Positions 45,020 to 56,210 are shown, counted from the stretch's first letter. The stretch is DNA of 64,000 nt from Lachnospiraceae bacterium (GCA_963594125.1 CAVBCV010000003.1:22797-86796), one strand, 5' to 3'. Notes: generated by a model not told the origin, from the sequence alone. Translations and numbers: made by a program.

Positions 45020-46062
45020 TACAGAGCTCCGCAAATGGTGGTTATGATATTGTACATAACCTGTTTTTTATCCATATTAAGCGAATCGGCTTCATTGAGC
45101 GTTGTTCTGACTTTGTTCCAGGCTTCGCTCAACTCGTTAATTTTGGCGCCGCCTTTCATATTTTCAGAAATAAAATGCTCAATCAGCTCCGCCGCTAAAT
45201 TCCACAAATTTTCATCACGCGATACTTCATCGCAAAATTGCAAAGCGTCAGTTAAATTATAGTGCTCGCGGGCATAGAACAAGCTTTCAAGCAACTTATA
45301 TTTATTAAGTCCGCCGTATTCAGAATAACGCAGAGCCTTGCCGATGCTGCCGGAGCTGATTTTGGCAATGCCTTTAACATCAGCCTCGCTCAATTCAGGA
45401 TTATAACGGCGCAGTAATGAGGCGACCTCGTCTTCAGACAGCGGCTGTAAATTGATTTTAGCGCAACGCGAGCGGATAGTAGGCAACAAGCGGTTAGGAT
45501 TATGACTGATTAAAAACAGCAGGCTTTTAGCGGGCGGCTCTTCTAAAATTTTAAGTATGGCATTGGCGCTGGCGGTGTTCATATCATCAACGCTATCAAT
45601 AACCACAATGCGCCAGTTGCCGTCAAACGATTTTTTGCACAAAAATTCATTTACTGTGCGCACTTCATCAACCTTAATTACCGCCGATTTTTTCAAATTT
45701 TGCAATTCATCATCGCTTAAAGCCTCGCCGTCTTTAATGGCTTTAATCACTTTTTTCTTATCGGTTTCAATATAATCGCGCTCAATAATTTTTAAATTAG
45801 GGTGCGAACGATTAGCAACCAGCCTAAAGTCGGCATTGCTTTCCGGCAATTCAAGCGAGGTGTACGCCTCTTTTTTGCTTTCATCAGCGGCAAGTAAAAA
45901 ACGCGCCATACGATAAGCCAAAGTTGCTTTACCGATACCTTCCGGACCGGTTATCATCAATGAATTATGCAAACTTCCGGCTTTCCATGCCTTTAAGAAC
46001 ATTTCTTCGGCTTCTTGGTGTCCGCATAAATACGGGTTGGCGTATGGCTCAATTTTTTCCAT
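45019..46062 (-). CDS. holB: DNA polymerase III subunit delta prime
   Basis: 347 aa. AAA+ P-loop GPEGIGKAT, DSVDDMN box, and SRC motif as RSRC. Confidence 0.85.
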   Translation of the reverse strand: MEKIEPYANPYLCGHQEAEEMFLKAWKAGSLHNSLMITGPEGIGKATLAYRMARFLLAADESKKEAYTSLELPESNADFRLVANRSHPNLKIIERDYIETDKKKVIKAIKDGEALSDDELQNLKKSAVIKVDEVRTVNEFLCKKSFDGNWRIVVIDSVDDMNTASANAILKILEEPPAKSLLFLISHNPNRLLPTIRSRCAKINLQPLSEDEVASLLRRYNPELSEADVKGIAKISSGSIGKALRYSEYGGLNKYKLLESLFYAREHYNLTDALQFCDEVSRDENLWNLAAELIEHFISENMKGGAKINELSEAWNKVRTTLNEADSLNMDKKQVMYNIITTICGAL

Positions 46063-46071
46063 GACAATCCT

Positions 46072-46725
46072 TTACAACCTAAACTTTGATTCAATTACGG
46101 CGACAATATCGCGGTGCAATTCTTCAACCGTTTTATCAGCATTTAGAACAACACATCGTTTGGGTTCGCTTTCGGCAATTTCCAAATAACCGCGGCGCAG
46201 CTTGTTATGCCACTCAAGCGCCTTATTTTCAAAGCGAACTTCTTTAACCTCCATACCTTCCGCCTTTTTGAACGAGCGCGCTAAACCGATTTTGGGGTCA
46301 ATATCCAAAATGATGGTTAAGTCAGGCTTGAAATTACCGGCGACAAAGGCATACAGCGCGTTAATATCCTCTTGCGACAAGCGTTTATCATAGGCGTAAT
46401 ACTGATATGCCATGGTAGAATCGGCAAAGCGGTCGCTTAAAACCCACTCGCCGTTTTTAAGCGCAGGCCAAACTTTTTGCGCCAGATGTATGCGCCGGTC
46501 GGCAAAAAACAACAGAGCTTCGCTGACAGCGTCTATTTTATCTGCTTCGCCTTCGGTTAAAATATGGCGCAGCTGTTTGCCGATTTCAGTTCCGCCCGGT
46601 TCTTTGGTTAAAACCGTTTTTTTACCTTTTTGCTCAAGGTAATCAGCCAGTAATTTGATTTGAGTGGATTTTCCGGTTCCCTCGCCGCCTTCAAAGGTGA
46701 TGAATTTTCCGGCAGAGGCATTCAT
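46072..46725 (-). CDS. tmk: Thymidylate kinase
   Basis: Contains FITFEGGEGTGKSTQ and DRFADST.AYQ. Confidence 0.95.
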   Translation of the reverse strand: MNASAGKFITFEGGEGTGKSTQIKLLADYLEQKGKKTVLTKEPGGTEIGKQLRHILTEGEADKIDAVSEALLFFADRRIHLAQKVWPALKNGEWVLSDRFADSTMAYQYYAYDKRLSQEDINALYAFVAGNFKPDLTIILDIDPKIGLARSFKKAEGMEVKEVRFENKALEWHNKLRRGYLEIAESEPKRCVVLNADKTVEELHRDIVAVIESKFRL

Positions 46726-47867
46726 TATTTATCTCCTAATACCAAATACTTTAAGTTTGCCCAAAAGCGTCCCATTACGCCAAGTTCGGCAACATTATCT
46801 GCCGCCACTAAATCTATTTTGCGAATTTCGCCTTCAGGATCGGTGATTTCGGCATGACCGATAAGCTCGCCTTTTTTAATCGGGGCTTTAACCGGCTCAT
46901 CATAAACCACTTTCATTTTATATTGTGAGCGAGCATTGCGGCGTATGGTTTCGGTAATATCTTCCGGCACCGCGATATTTACGCTTTTAACCTCGCCGTA
47001 CCAAACCGGAACTTCCGCCATCACCTGCCCCGCTGATAAAATTTTGTAGTTATCAAATTCGCGGAAGCCGTAATTCATGAGCCGTTCAGCCTCTTCAGAG
47101 CGCTCTTTGTTGCTGCTCATGCCGGACATAACCTCAATCAAGCGGCGTCCGCCTTTGGCAACAGAGGCAGTTAAGCAAAATCCGGCTTCATCGGTGTGTC
47201 CGGTTTTTAAGCCGTCAGCCCCCGGCATGGTATAAAGCAAAGGATTGCGGTTGCCTTGTTTAATGTTATTGTGCTTAAATTCTTTTTCCGAAAAAATATG
47301 GTAAAATTGCGGAAATTCTTTAATGATTTTGCGCGCGAGCAAGGCTAAGTCTTCAACCGACATTTTTTGATCAGGGTGCGGCAGTCCGGTCGCGTTGGCA
47401 AAGGTGCTGTTTTTAAGCCCGATTTTTTCAGCCGTTTCATTCATTAAAACAGCAAAATCTTCTTCGGTGCCGGCAATATTTTCAGCCGCGGTAATACAGG
47501 CATCGTTGCCTGATTGCACGATAATTCCCTGCAATAAGTCCTCAACGGTAACGCTTTCGCCGATTTTTAAGAACATAGTTGAACCGCCGCTTGCCGCGCC
47601 GCCTTTACGCCATGCGTTTTCACTAACTGTAAAAGTATCTTCCAATGAGAGCGAGCCGTTTCTTAACTTATCAAAAATTATGTACAAAGTCATCAGTTTG
47701 CTCATGGAAGCAGGCGCCACTTTAACATCGTGGTCTTTGGTGTAAATATATGCTCCGGTGTCATAATCAATTAAAATTGCATTGCGCGCGGCGGTTTCAA
47801 AGGCAAAAGCCTGCCCTGAAACGCTGCTTAAAAGCAAGGCTGCAAATAACGTTTTTTTACCATTCAT
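46725..47867 (-). CDS. D-alanyl-D-alanine carboxypeptidase (PBP5/6 family)
   Basis: Signal peptide, SMSKLMT (SxxK), SGND (SxN) and KTGHT (KTG). Confidence 0.9.
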   Translation of the reverse strand: MNGKKTLFAALLLSSVSGQAFAFETAARNAILIDYDTGAYIYTKDHDVKVAPASMSKLMTLYIIFDKLRNGSLSLEDTFTVSENAWRKGGAASGGSTMFLKIGESVTVEDLLQGIIVQSGNDACITAAENIAGTEEDFAVLMNETAEKIGLKNSTFANATGLPHPDQKMSVEDLALLARKIIKEFPQFYHIFSEKEFKHNNIKQGNRNPLLYTMPGADGLKTGHTDEAGFCLTASVAKGGRRLIEVMSGMSSNKERSEEAERLMNYGFREFDNYKILSAGQVMAEVPVWYGEVKSVNIAVPEDITETIRRNARSQYKMKVVYDEPVKAPIKKGELIGHAEITDPEGEIRKIDLVAADNVAELGVMGRFWANLKYLVLGDK

Positions 47868-47879
47868 GTTAATTTCTCC

Positions 47880-48698
47880 TTATTCTCTTATGATTTTGGC
47901 ATCATAAACGCCATAATTTCTGATTTTGTTAAGCGTGACTATGGCTTCTTCCTCATGTAAGAAAGGACCAATACGCACGCGGTAAAACATTGTGTTGCCG
48001 ACAAAAGCATTGCTTACGCAGCTTTTGCCGAATTGCGATAATTTAGCCGACAAGTTGTCAGCGTATTCTTGTTGTGTAAACGAACCGGCTTGTACATAAT
48101 AACTGACCTCGCCATTGTTTGCCGCCGGAACTTTCATGACCGGAATTGTCACATTATCAGGAACTTTTTGCCCAAGCAACGCCGCTTTAAGCGCCTTGCT
48201 TTCTTTAGCCATAATTTCAACCCGAACTTTGGTGATGCCTTTGGTTTGGTAACCCAAAAGCTGCGCGCCGCGTTTGGAAATGTCAATAATGCGTTCTTTG
48301 GCGTAAGGACCGCGGTCATTAACGCGCAGCACCAGCGAGCGTCCGTTTTCCAAGTTGGTGACTTTTACAATAGACGGCAGCGGCAAAGTGCGGTGGGCGG
48401 CGGTTAAAGTGTTCATGTCATAGCGCTCGCCGTTGGCGGTTTTTTTAGCGTGAAAATCTTCGCCGTACCAACTGGCCATACCAACTTCGGAATAATCATA
48501 ATCTTCAGCCGGATAATACCATTTGCCCATAATTTTATACGGGTTGCCGACTTTATATGTTCCGCCGAATTGTTTGATGGTTATGGCTTGCGCCTGCGGC
48601 GAAAGTCCGCTCAATTCAGGCGTTCCGGTTGAGGAGCATGCCGCCAACACGGTTATTAATGCTAAGCTTATGTAAATTTTTATTTTATTAAAGTTCAT
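47880..48698 (-). CDS. rlpA: Septal ring lytic transglycosylase RlpA with C-terminal SPOR domain
   Basis: Lipobox LAACS. DPBB domain ASWYGEDFHAKKTANGERYD...VRVNDRGPY. SPOR domain YYVQAGSF...YRVRIGPF. Confidence 0.9.
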   Translation of the reverse strand: MNFNKIKIYISLALITVLAACSSTGTPELSGLSPQAQAITIKQFGGTYKVGNPYKIMGKWYYPAEDYDYSEVGMASWYGEDFHAKKTANGERYDMNTLTAAHRTLPLPSIVKVTNLENGRSLVLRVNDRGPYAKERIIDISKRGAQLLGYQTKGITKVRVEIMAKESKALKAALLGQKVPDNVTIPVMKVPAANNGEVSYYVQAGSFTQQEYADNLSAKLSQFGKSCVSNAFVGNTMFYRVRIGPFLHEEEAIVTLNKIRNYGVYDAKIIRE

Positions 48699-48735
48699 TT
48701 TATATTTTATTCTCGCTTTTAATAATCATATCGGC

Positions 48736-50067
48736 TTAATTTAACTTGCTTTTGGCTTTACGTCCAGCATCATTTTCAGCCTGTGAATTTTTTGCGCTTA
48801 AATTTTTGGGCGGCTGTACCGGAACAATAAAGCCGGTTTTAGAATTGTAATGGCGGATTTTGTTCAAAAGCTGCCAATCAGGATAACCATCCTGATGCAT
48901 TCCGGCTTTAGCCTGCAGTCTTTTTACGGCTTGTTTGGTTTTAGGTCCTAAAATGCCGTCTTCTTTAAGCTTTGTGCGCAAAAGCTTGTTGGCAAACGCC
49001 TGAACTTCTTTAACCTCTTTATCGGTCAGCTTATATTGCTGAGCATTGTTAATAGCTTTATGCGGAAGCTTATTGTTTACATAATCGGCTAAAATACCGA
49101 TGCTTAAAGCATAATTTTCCGAGCGGTTCCATATCATTATCCGCTTAAAATTGCCAAACACCAGATAAGCGGTGCCCTTGCGCCCGTCCGGAATAATCAA
49201 CGAGCCTTTCAGGTCTTGATTCCACGGTAATTTTTTACCGCCTAAAGTTTTAACGCCTAAATCAGACCACTGTTTAACCGTTTTAACTTTTTTATATCCG
49301 GTTTCAGAATAGTTAAAGTTCCACGGCAAGCGGACTTTGCCGCCCCACGGTTCATCGGCTTTCCATCCCAGTTTGCTTAAATAATTGGCGGCGGAGCCAA
49401 CCGCATCATCAAACGAATCCCAAATATCAACAATGCCGTCGCCGTCATAGTCTATCGCATAAGCGTTAAAAGTTGAAGGCATAAACTGGAAATGCCCCAT
49501 GGCGCCTGCCCACGAGCCAAGCATTTTATCGTTTTCAAGGTCATACTTTTCCATAATTTTCAAAACATTAAACAATTCATTCTTGAAAAAGTCAGAGCGG
49601 CGGTTGTTGTAACTTAAATTGGTTAAGCCGTCAATTAAGTGATATTTGCCCTTATTTTCGCCAAAGTTGGTTTCAACCGCCCAAAAAGCGGTCAGATAAT
49701 TAAGCGGAACGCCATACTCTTGCTCAAGAGTCGGAAATTCTTTTTGCAATTTGCGATAATAATTACGGGCTTTTTCAATTCGGTACGGATTAACCAGACG
49801 ATTGATATAATCTTTAGAAGTTAAAACAAATTCAGTCTGTTTTTTATCTTTGCTTACCACTTCCGGCGCTTGGTGATAATAGGTGTTGTTGCCATAAGCC
49901 CTATCAATGGTTTTGGGGCTGATGCCGCGCTTTATCATATCGGCTTTAAGCTCGCTTAAAAACGCGAGCCATTCTTTAGTCGGCTCATCTGCGGCAGTTT
50001 TTGCCTCAGCCGCAAAAGCTATTGTTACCGCCAATAAAATTATGAATATTTTTTTTAAGACCAGCAT
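48736..50067 (-). CDS. Lytic murein transglycosylase (MltB/SLT_2-like) with C-terminal peptidoglycan-binding domain
   Basis: Contains GAMGHFQFMPSTF and DGDG..DIW. C-terminal DGILGPKTKQAVKRLQ. Confidence 0.85.
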   Translation of the reverse strand: MLVLKKIFIILLAVTIAFAAEAKTAADEPTKEWLAFLSELKADMIKRGISPKTIDRAYGNNTYYHQAPEVVSKDKKQTEFVLTSKDYINRLVNPYRIEKARNYYRKLQKEFPTLEQEYGVPLNYLTAFWAVETNFGENKGKYHLIDGLTNLSYNNRRSDFFKNELFNVLKIMEKYDLENDKMLGSWAGAMGHFQFMPSTFNAYAIDYDGDGIVDIWDSFDDAVGSAANYLSKLGWKADEPWGGKVRLPWNFNYSETGYKKVKTVKQWSDLGVKTLGGKKLPWNQDLKGSLIIPDGRKGTAYLVFGNFKRIMIWNRSENYALSIGILADYVNNKLPHKAINNAQQYKLTDKEVKEVQAFANKLLRTKLKEDGILGPKTKQAVKRLQAKAGMHQDGYPDWQLLNKIRHYNSKTGFIVPVQPPKNLSAKNSQAENDAGRKAKSKLN

Positions 50068-50165
50068 CTTGCACCCTATTTTACAAATATGCGCTCAGTG
50101 TAAAGCATTTAAACTCAACTTGCAACCCGCTCTTGCGGTTATAAGATGAGTTTTGCACAAGATGA

Positions 50166-51473
50166 TTACGCCAAAAGCTTAATCCCGAAAATTTTGGCTA
50201 ATTTTGCCGCCTCTGTCGCGCCGATTTTTACTAAAAACACTATTTGTTCTTCAGTTTGAGCCGCGCTTAATACTTCCGCATTGGCGTAAAGCCATGATTG
50301 CAGTTTGCCGTCATCTGCCGCGACTTTTATTTGATAAGTTTTGTTATGGGCGGCAAGCTTATCATCAATAAGTTTTAACAATTCCCCGCAGCCCTGCCCC
50401 GTTAAGGCGGAAACCGCTAAAAGCGCTTTAGGTTGATTGTTCAGTTTATGGGTTAAAACCGCTTTTTCATCTTCGGTCAGCAAATCGGTTTTATTTAACA
50501 CTTCAATGTAATTTTCAGAGCTTTCTGCTTGTTTTAAGCCTAAATTGTGCAAAACTTCAAGAACATCGGCACGCTGAAGGTCGGTGTCGGCGTTTGATAT
50601 ATCGCGCACATGCACCACAATATCCGCTTCTAAAACTTCTTCCAGCGTGGAGCGAAACGCCATCACCAGTTCATGCGGAAGATCAGAAATAAAACCGACC
50701 GTATCAGAAAAAATCACTTCCCGTCCCGAAGGCAGCGCCACTTTGCGCAAAGTCGGGTCAAGCGTTGCAAACAGCATATCTTCAGAGAGCACATTACTGC
50801 CCGAAAGCCGATTAAACAGCGATGACTTGCCAGCATTGGTATAGCCGACCAGCGCTACAATCGGATACGGAACTTTACGGCGGTTGCCGCGCTGCAATTC
50901 GCGCGTATTTTTAACTTTTTCAAGCTCTTTTTTAATTTTGATGATTTTATCGTCAATAATACGCCGGTCAAGCTCTATTTGTTTTTCACCGGGGCCGCCC
51001 AAAAAACCGGCGCCGCCGCGTTGGCGTTCAAGGTGCGTCCAGCTTCTGACCAAACGCGAGCGCTGATAGGTTAAATGAGCCAAACTTACCTGTAATTTGC
51101 CTTCATTGGTCTGCGCGCGTTCGCCGAAAATTTCAAGTATCAGCGCGGTGCGGTCAATTACTTTAATATTCAGCTCTTTTTCAAGGTTGCGCTGCTGAAT
51201 CGGAGTGAGCGCGGCATCAACAATCATCAACCAAACATCATCAGCCTCAGCTTTTTGCTTGATATTTTCAATAAAAGTTCGGCTGAAAAATGTTGCGGGC
51301 TTAATTTCGCGGATTTTTGGCGATTCGGTAAACACAACATTTAAATTAATAGCCAGAGAAAGCCCGATTGCTTCAGCCAAACGGCTTTCGGCAGACATGA
51401 GCTTTTTCCGGCTTAAAATAAACGGACAAACCACACACGCGTTGGTTTTAACGTTTTGATTAAATTCAGGCAA
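50166..51473 (-). CDS. hflX: GTPase HflX
   Basis: HflX N-terminal domain, plus GYTNAGKSSLFN, DTVGF and NKTD. Lies directly downstream of hfq. Confidence 0.95.
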   Translation of the reverse strand: MPEFNQNVKTNACVVCPFILSRKKLMSAESRLAEAIGLSLAINLNVVFTESPKIREIKPATFFSRTFIENIKQKAEADDVWLMIVDAALTPIQQRNLEKELNIKVIDRTALILEIFGERAQTNEGKLQVSLAHLTYQRSRLVRSWTHLERQRGGAGFLGGPGEKQIELDRRIIDDKIIKIKKELEKVKNTRELQRGNRRKVPYPIVALVGYTNAGKSSLFNRLSGSNVLSEDMLFATLDPTLRKVALPSGREVIFSDTVGFISDLPHELVMAFRSTLEEVLEADIVVHVRDISNADTDLQRADVLEVLHNLGLKQAESSENYIEVLNKTDLLTEDEKAVLTHKLNNQPKALLAVSALTGQGCGELLKLIDDKLAAHNKTYQIKVAADDGKLQSWLYANAEVLSAAQTEEQIVFLVKIGATEAAKLAKIFGIKLLA

Positions 51474-51476
51474 GTT

Positions 51477-51695
51477 TTATTCTTCTACAACGTCAACGGC
51501 TTGCACCGGCATAATGGTAGAAACAGCATGCTTATAAACAAGCTGAGTGTGACCATCGCGGCGCAAAAGCAAAGAGCTGTCATCAAACCATGTAATAACG
51601 CCCTGCAGCTTTACACCGTTGATTAAAAATACGGTAACCGCAATTTTGTTTTCTTTTATATCATTTAAAAAATCATTCTGAGCATTTTTAGTCAT
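51477..51695 (-). CDS. hfq: RNA chaperone Hfq
   Basis: 72 aa. Sm1/Sm2 motifs: [16 protein letters not shown]....LL......[11 protein letters not shown]. Confidence 0.95.
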   Translation of the reverse strand: MTKNAQNDFLNDIKENKIAVTVFLINGVKLQGVITWFDDSSLLLRRDGHTQLVYKHAVSTIMPVQAVDVVEE

Positions 51696-51802
51696 TTAAT
51701 AATATCCTTATCAGATTATTAATTTTTATCAGCTTTTAAAATAAGCGCATACTCATAAATAGTAAAGAGTTGATTTTAAACAAGGGGATAACTTTATGTT
51801 TT

Positions 51803-52339
51803 TTATGCCTCTTCTGCTTTTGAAGCGCGATATTTTTCAAGCTTTTTCAAAAGCATATTGCGCTTTAAGCGGCTTAGATGGTCAATGTATAAAATGCCGT
51901 CCAGATGGTCAATTTCATGCTGAAGAACAACCGCTTCATAATCAACCGCCTCAATTTCAGATTCTTTGCCGTTATAATCGGTGTAACGAACCTTGATTCG
52001 TTCATGGCGCTCAACATCGGCGCTTTGCCCCGGAAGCGAAAGGCAACCCTCGCAAAAAATGATTTTTTCTTCTGACTTGTAAATAATTTCAGGATTTATT
52101 AAGTACATGGGCTTACCGGCTTTCCAGTTATCGTCTTCACCGCGCTGCTTGGTATCAAGCACAATCACGCGCTTGGAAACACCGACCTGCGGAGCCGCCA
52201 ACCCGACGCCTTTGTCGGCATACATGGTTTCAAGCATGTCGTCTAAAAGCTTGCGCAATTCGTCATCAACTTTCAAAACCCGTTCGCACTTTTGATGCAA
52301 TATCGGGTGCGGGTATTCATAAAGCTGTAAAACCGCCAT
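51803..52339 (-). CDS. def: Peptide deformylase
   Basis: Contains GVGLAAPQVG, EGCLS and HEIDHL. Confidence 0.95.
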   Translation of the reverse strand: MAVLQLYEYPHPILHQKCERVLKVDDELRKLLDDMLETMYADKGVGLAAPQVGVSKRVIVLDTKQRGEDDNWKAGKPMYLINPEIIYKSEEKIIFCEGCLSLPGQSADVERHERIKVRYTDYNGKESEIEAVDYEAVVLQHEIDHLDGILYIDHLSRLKRNMLLKKLEKYRASKAEEA

Positions 52340-52352
52340 TTTATTCTCCTGA

Positions 52353-52841
52353 TTAAGCTCTTACGGCGTGGGCAATTTGGTCAAGCAAAGCGTTTACCAT
52401 TTTGGGTTCGTTTTTGTTATAAAACGCATAAGCTAAATCAACATATTCTTGAATTAAAACTTTAGTATCAACGTCCATCGTATTGGTTAATTCATAAACC
52501 GCGCACAATAGCAAAGCCTGCATTGTGCCGTCCATGCGCTCTAACGACCATTTTTCTTTTAAGTAATGCGCCAGCGAGCGTTCCAAATCTTGCTTTTTGG
52601 CATGAGCACCGCGTACCAAACTTTCAAAGTATTCGGTATCAATCGGTGAAATTTCAATCATTTCTTCGGTTTCGGTAACCGAATCTTCTTCAATAACATA
52701 GCGACCGACTTTGCCTTCGGTAAAGTCTTTAATAACTTCATCAACCGGCAGCTGACCATAAGCAATCATATAAGTTGCCTGCACAGCGGCTAAGCGAGCG
52801 CCTGATTTGCGGCGGATTTTTCCTGATACAAATTTAGTCAT
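52353..52841 (-). CDS. nusB: Transcription antitermination factor NusB
   Basis: [10 protein letters not shown] helical NusB pattern. The start at 52841 overlaps the nrdR end by 8 nt. An alternative start exists at 52856. Confidence 0.85.
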   Translation of the reverse strand: MTKFVSGKIRRKSGARLAAVQATYMIAYGQLPVDEVIKDFTEGKVGRYVIEEDSVTETEEMIEISPIDTEYFESLVRGAHAKKQDLERSLAHYLKEKWSLERMDGTMQALLLCAVYELTNTMDVDTKVLIQEYVDLAYAFYNKNEPKMVNALLDQIAHAVRA

Positions 52842-53331
52842 CGTTTTTTCCTTCAATATTATTTTCTAAAACCGGCTTTGCCAATTTATCAATCGTATCA
52901 ACAAATTCTTCAAAGTCTTTGATTTCTTTAAAATCTTTATAAACCGACGCAAAGCGGATATAGGCAATGTTATCAAGCCTTGATAATGCTTCCATAACCG
53001 CCTCGCCGATAGCCTCAGTGGTAATTTCGTTTTCGCCGGAGCTTTCAAAGCGGCGCTGAATAGAGTTTACAACCTTATCAACACGTTCCGGTGAAATCGG
53101 GCGCTTGCGAACGGCAAGCTCAATGGAGCGATAAAGCTTTTCGCGGTCAAAAAACGTTCTCTCGCCGTTCTTTTTAATAACAATCAGCTCCCTTAGCTGC
53201 ACGCGTTCAAAGGTGGTAAAACGCGAACCGCACTCCGGACACTCGCGGCGGCGCCGAATAGAAGTATCATCATCAGTGTTGCGCGAATCTTTTACAACCG
53301 TGTCATCACACCCGCAAAACGGACATTTCAT
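52834..53331 (-). CDS. nrdR: Transcriptional repressor NrdR
   Basis: Starts MKCPFCG and has a second [10 protein letters not shown] zinc-ribbon half, followed by an ATP-cone domain. Confidence 0.95.
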   Translation of the reverse strand: MKCPFCGCDDTVVKDSRNTDDDTSIRRRRECPECGSRFTTFERVQLRELIVIKKNGERTFFDREKLYRSIELAVRKRPISPERVDKVVNSIQRRFESSGENEITTEAIGEAVMEALSRLDNIAYIRFASVYKDFKEIKDFEEFVDTIDKLAKPVLENNIEGKNDD

Positions 53332-54662
53332 TGTTTAAGCCCCTTTTCTTTTAACTCATCAGCCACCTGATAAAGCTTTGAAGAATATCTTGCTCCTTTT
53401 ATAAGGACAATATCTTCATTTTGCAAGAGTTGATTTAATAAAAAGTCTGCCACATTATCTTTATTTTCAAAATAGTATTGCGTTATATGCGGCGGAAGCT
53501 CGGCTAACATATCTTTCATTTCAGGGCAAACGCCGACCACAATATTAATATTGCTTTTGGCAAGCTCCTGCCCGATTTCGGTATGCTTTTGCTTAGAGCA
53601 AGCGCCAAGTTCGGCCATTTTGCCCAAAACAGCGATTTTACGACCATTGGTTTTAAGGCTGTTTAAGGACTTAATTGCCAGTTTCATCGCCTCGGGCTGC
53701 CCCGAATAACTATCGTCAATTAAGGTATAAGTTCCTTTATGGTCTGAAAGTTTTAAAGTATAAGGTTTGCCCCTGCCCTCTAACGGTTCAAAAGTCTTGA
53801 TTTTTTCAGCCGCTTTGGCAACGTTTAGCCCTAAAGCCTCAACTGTTTTCAAAACGCACCAAGCGTTATAAAGAAAGGGCTCGCCCTCTGCCGGAGCTGC
53901 AACCTTTACTTCAGGCTGGTAATTTTGCCCGAATTTAACAATTTTGGCATTATGCGCCGCCGCTTTTTGCTCCAAAATATCGGCATAGTTAGTATCGGCG
54001 TTAATAACGGCAATTCCGCCCTTTGGCGGCAAGCCCTCAAAAATTTCGGCTTTAGCCTCGGCAATACCTTGCAAATTTTTAAAAAACTCAATATGCATCG
54101 GGTATATGTTGGTAATAATGGCAACATCAGGCTTTACAAATGAGGTTAAGCGCGATATTTCGCCTTTGGCGCTCATGCCCATTTCAATAATGGCAAAATC
54201 AGCCGATAAATCCATATTGCACAGGCTTTCGGGCACACCGATAAAATTGTTGTGATTACCGATGGTGGCATAAACTTTGCCAAACTCCGCCAAAGCAAAT
54301 TTAAGCTCTTCTTTGGTGGTGGTTTTGCCGGCGCTGCCGGTTAAGCCGATAACCTTTCCCTTAAACAATGAGCGGTTATACGCCCCGATTTTGCCATAAG
54401 CGATTAAGGTATCAGCAACCACAATTTGTTTTTGTGGCGGAACATCAGGGAGCAAGCGGTTTACAATAGCAAGCGGACACCCCGCGGCAATAACATCAGG
54501 CACAAAATCATGACCGTCAAATTTTTCGCCGGAGATGGCAATAAACACATCATTTTGCCCACATTTGCGGCTATCGGTTGAAACGCCGGTGATAACTGCC
54601 GGCGCAACCTTAGAATCAGAGCCGACAATTGCGGCTATTTGCTCAGATGAAAGCGCTTGCAT
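53328..54662 (-). CDS. murF: UDP-N-acetylmuramoyl-tripeptide--D-alanyl-D-alanine ligase
   Basis: 444 aa. Contains [13 protein letters not shown], a Mur ligase middle domain, and DDSYSGQP. Confidence 0.9.
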   Translation of the reverse strand: MQALSSEQIAAIVGSDSKVAPAVITGVSTDSRKCGQNDVFIAISGEKFDGHDFVPDVIAAGCPLAIVNRLLPDVPPQKQIVVADTLIAYGKIGAYNRSLFKGKVIGLTGSAGKTTTKEELKFALAEFGKVYATIGNHNNFIGVPESLCNMDLSADFAIIEMGMSAKGEISRLTSFVKPDVAIITNIYPMHIEFFKNLQGIAEAKAEIFEGLPPKGGIAVINADTNYADILEQKAAAHNAKIVKFGQNYQPEVKVAAPAEGEPFLYNAWCVLKTVEALGLNVAKAAEKIKTFEPLEGRGKPYTLKLSDHKGTYTLIDDSYSGQPEAMKLAIKSLNSLKTNGRKIAVLGKMAELGACSKQKHTEIGQELAKSNINIVVGVCPEMKDMLAELPPHITQYYFENKDNVADFLLNQLLQNEDIVLIKGARYSSKLYQVADELKEKGLKQ

Positions 54663-54663
54663 T

Positions 54664-56124
54664 TTATTTATCTTTCTGCAAATCTTTCAAATCAGGGCTG
54701 GTTTTAACGTAGTTATTAACCATAATTTCAGCTTTTTTAGGCATTACAACACACCCCGGACCGCCGACGCAGCCGCCTTCGCAGCACATAACCTCAATCA
54801 AGTTAAATTCACCGGCACTCTTTTTAGCGGCATACATTTTAAGCTTTTTGAAAGCGTCTTTGTTTAAGCCGTTAATCGGTTCCGGTTTGCAAACCGCCGT
54901 GTCGCCGACAATGTGGGCAACCGCTCCGGCAACGCCGCCGCTGACCGGAAAGATGCGTCCTTGTGCAGATGAAACCTTGGCAAAAGTTGAATTTTCACAT
55001 GTTGCGACATTAATGCCTGCTCCGGCTAACATAGCGGCAATTTCATCAAACACTAAAACATAATCAACGTCTTTATCGCCCTCCGCCTCAATGCGTTTGG
55101 CAAGGCACGGACCGACAAACACGGTAATGCTTTCAGGATTTTGTTTTTTAACCAACTCGGCAATGTAATACATCGGGGGTTTGGTGCTTGAAACATACGG
55201 AGCAATTTCAGGAATATGGGTTTGGGTGGCCTTATACCATGCCGGACAGCAAGAAGTTGTCATAAACGGGCGCCCCTCTTCCATGCGCTCAATAAATTCT
55301 TTAGCCTCGTTTAAGGTGGTAACGTCAGCGCCTTCGGCAACTTCAACCACATCGGCAAAACCAAGCTGTTTTAGAGCTGTGATAATTTTGGCGGCATCCG
55401 TGCCGAACTGACCGATAACCGCCGGAGCCAACATGGCAACCACCGGCTTTTGCGCGCGTTTAATTTGGTTTAACACATCGGTAAGTTGCGAATTGTAGGC
55501 AATGGCGCCGAACGGACATGATTTTATGCACTTGCCGCAAGAAATACACTTGTTATAATCAATATGTTCAAAGCCGTTTTCATCTTTGGTGATAGCTCCG
55601 ACCGGACAAGCGTCTTCACACGGAACCGGCGCTTTGTTAATGGCGCCATAAGGGCAAACATTGGCGCACATGCCGCATTTAATGCAGTTCGCCTGGTTAA
55701 TAAAGGCTTTATCTTCAACGGTGATGGTCTTTTTAGGGCAGTTGACCTCGCACGGGCGAGCCACACAGCCGCGGCACATATCGGTAACCGTGAATTGCGT
55801 TTTCATGCAGGCGGCGCAGGCGGACGGCAAAACCGAAACGGTTGCCACCGGCGCGGCATTGCGGGTTAAAGCATCTTTGGCAAAGTCTGCCAACGGGCGG
55901 GATAAATCCTCATTTTCAGGGGTAAAGCCCAAAACCGCCACAATATGTTCTTTAATAACCTGTCGGTCTTTGGCAAGCGAGCCGCGTAGCGGACGTGCCT
56001 CGTTAGGTACTAAAACCTCAGGCAGGCTGTCAATATCGGCAAAATTGTTTTTAATAAAGCTTTCGGCGACTTTCGCCAAAATTTGCGCGTGCATGGTTGC
56101 AACATTATTTTTTGCTGTAAGCAT
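54664..56124 (-). CDS. Monomeric [FeFe] hydrogenase, group B-like
   Basis: Several CxxCxxCxxxCP ferredoxin clusters. H-cluster motifs TSCCPAW, GPCLAKRIE and MCCEGGCVGGPG. Confidence 0.85.
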   Translation of the reverse strand: MLTAKNNVATMHAQILAKVAESFIKNNFADIDSLPEVLVPNEARPLRGSLAKDRQVIKEHIVAVLGFTPENEDLSRPLADFAKDALTRNAAPVATVSVLPSACAACMKTQFTVTDMCRGCVARPCEVNCPKKTITVEDKAFINQANCIKCGMCANVCPYGAINKAPVPCEDACPVGAITKDENGFEHIDYNKCISCGKCIKSCPFGAIAYNSQLTDVLNQIKRAQKPVVAMLAPAVIGQFGTDAAKIITALKQLGFADVVEVAEGADVTTLNEAKEFIERMEEGRPFMTTSCCPAWYKATQTHIPEIAPYVSSTKPPMYYIAELVKKQNPESITVFVGPCLAKRIEAEGDKDVDYVLVFDEIAAMLAGAGINVATCENSTFAKVSSAQGRIFPVSGGVAGAVAHIVGDTAVCKPEPINGLNKDAFKKLKMYAAKKSAGEFNLIEVMCCEGGCVGGPGCVVMPKKAEIMVNNYVKTSPDLKDLQKDK

Positions 56125-56210
56125 TAAAGTGGTTACCTTTCGTTAGTCAAAATCAAAATTTTTTTCACTATAACGGCTTATGTTAAAAATTGCAAGACCG
56201 ATTTACGTTT

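Noticed and set aside
51796-51996. 66-aa plus-strand ORF at the end of def
   Set aside because: It is antisense to the well-supported peptide deformylase gene.
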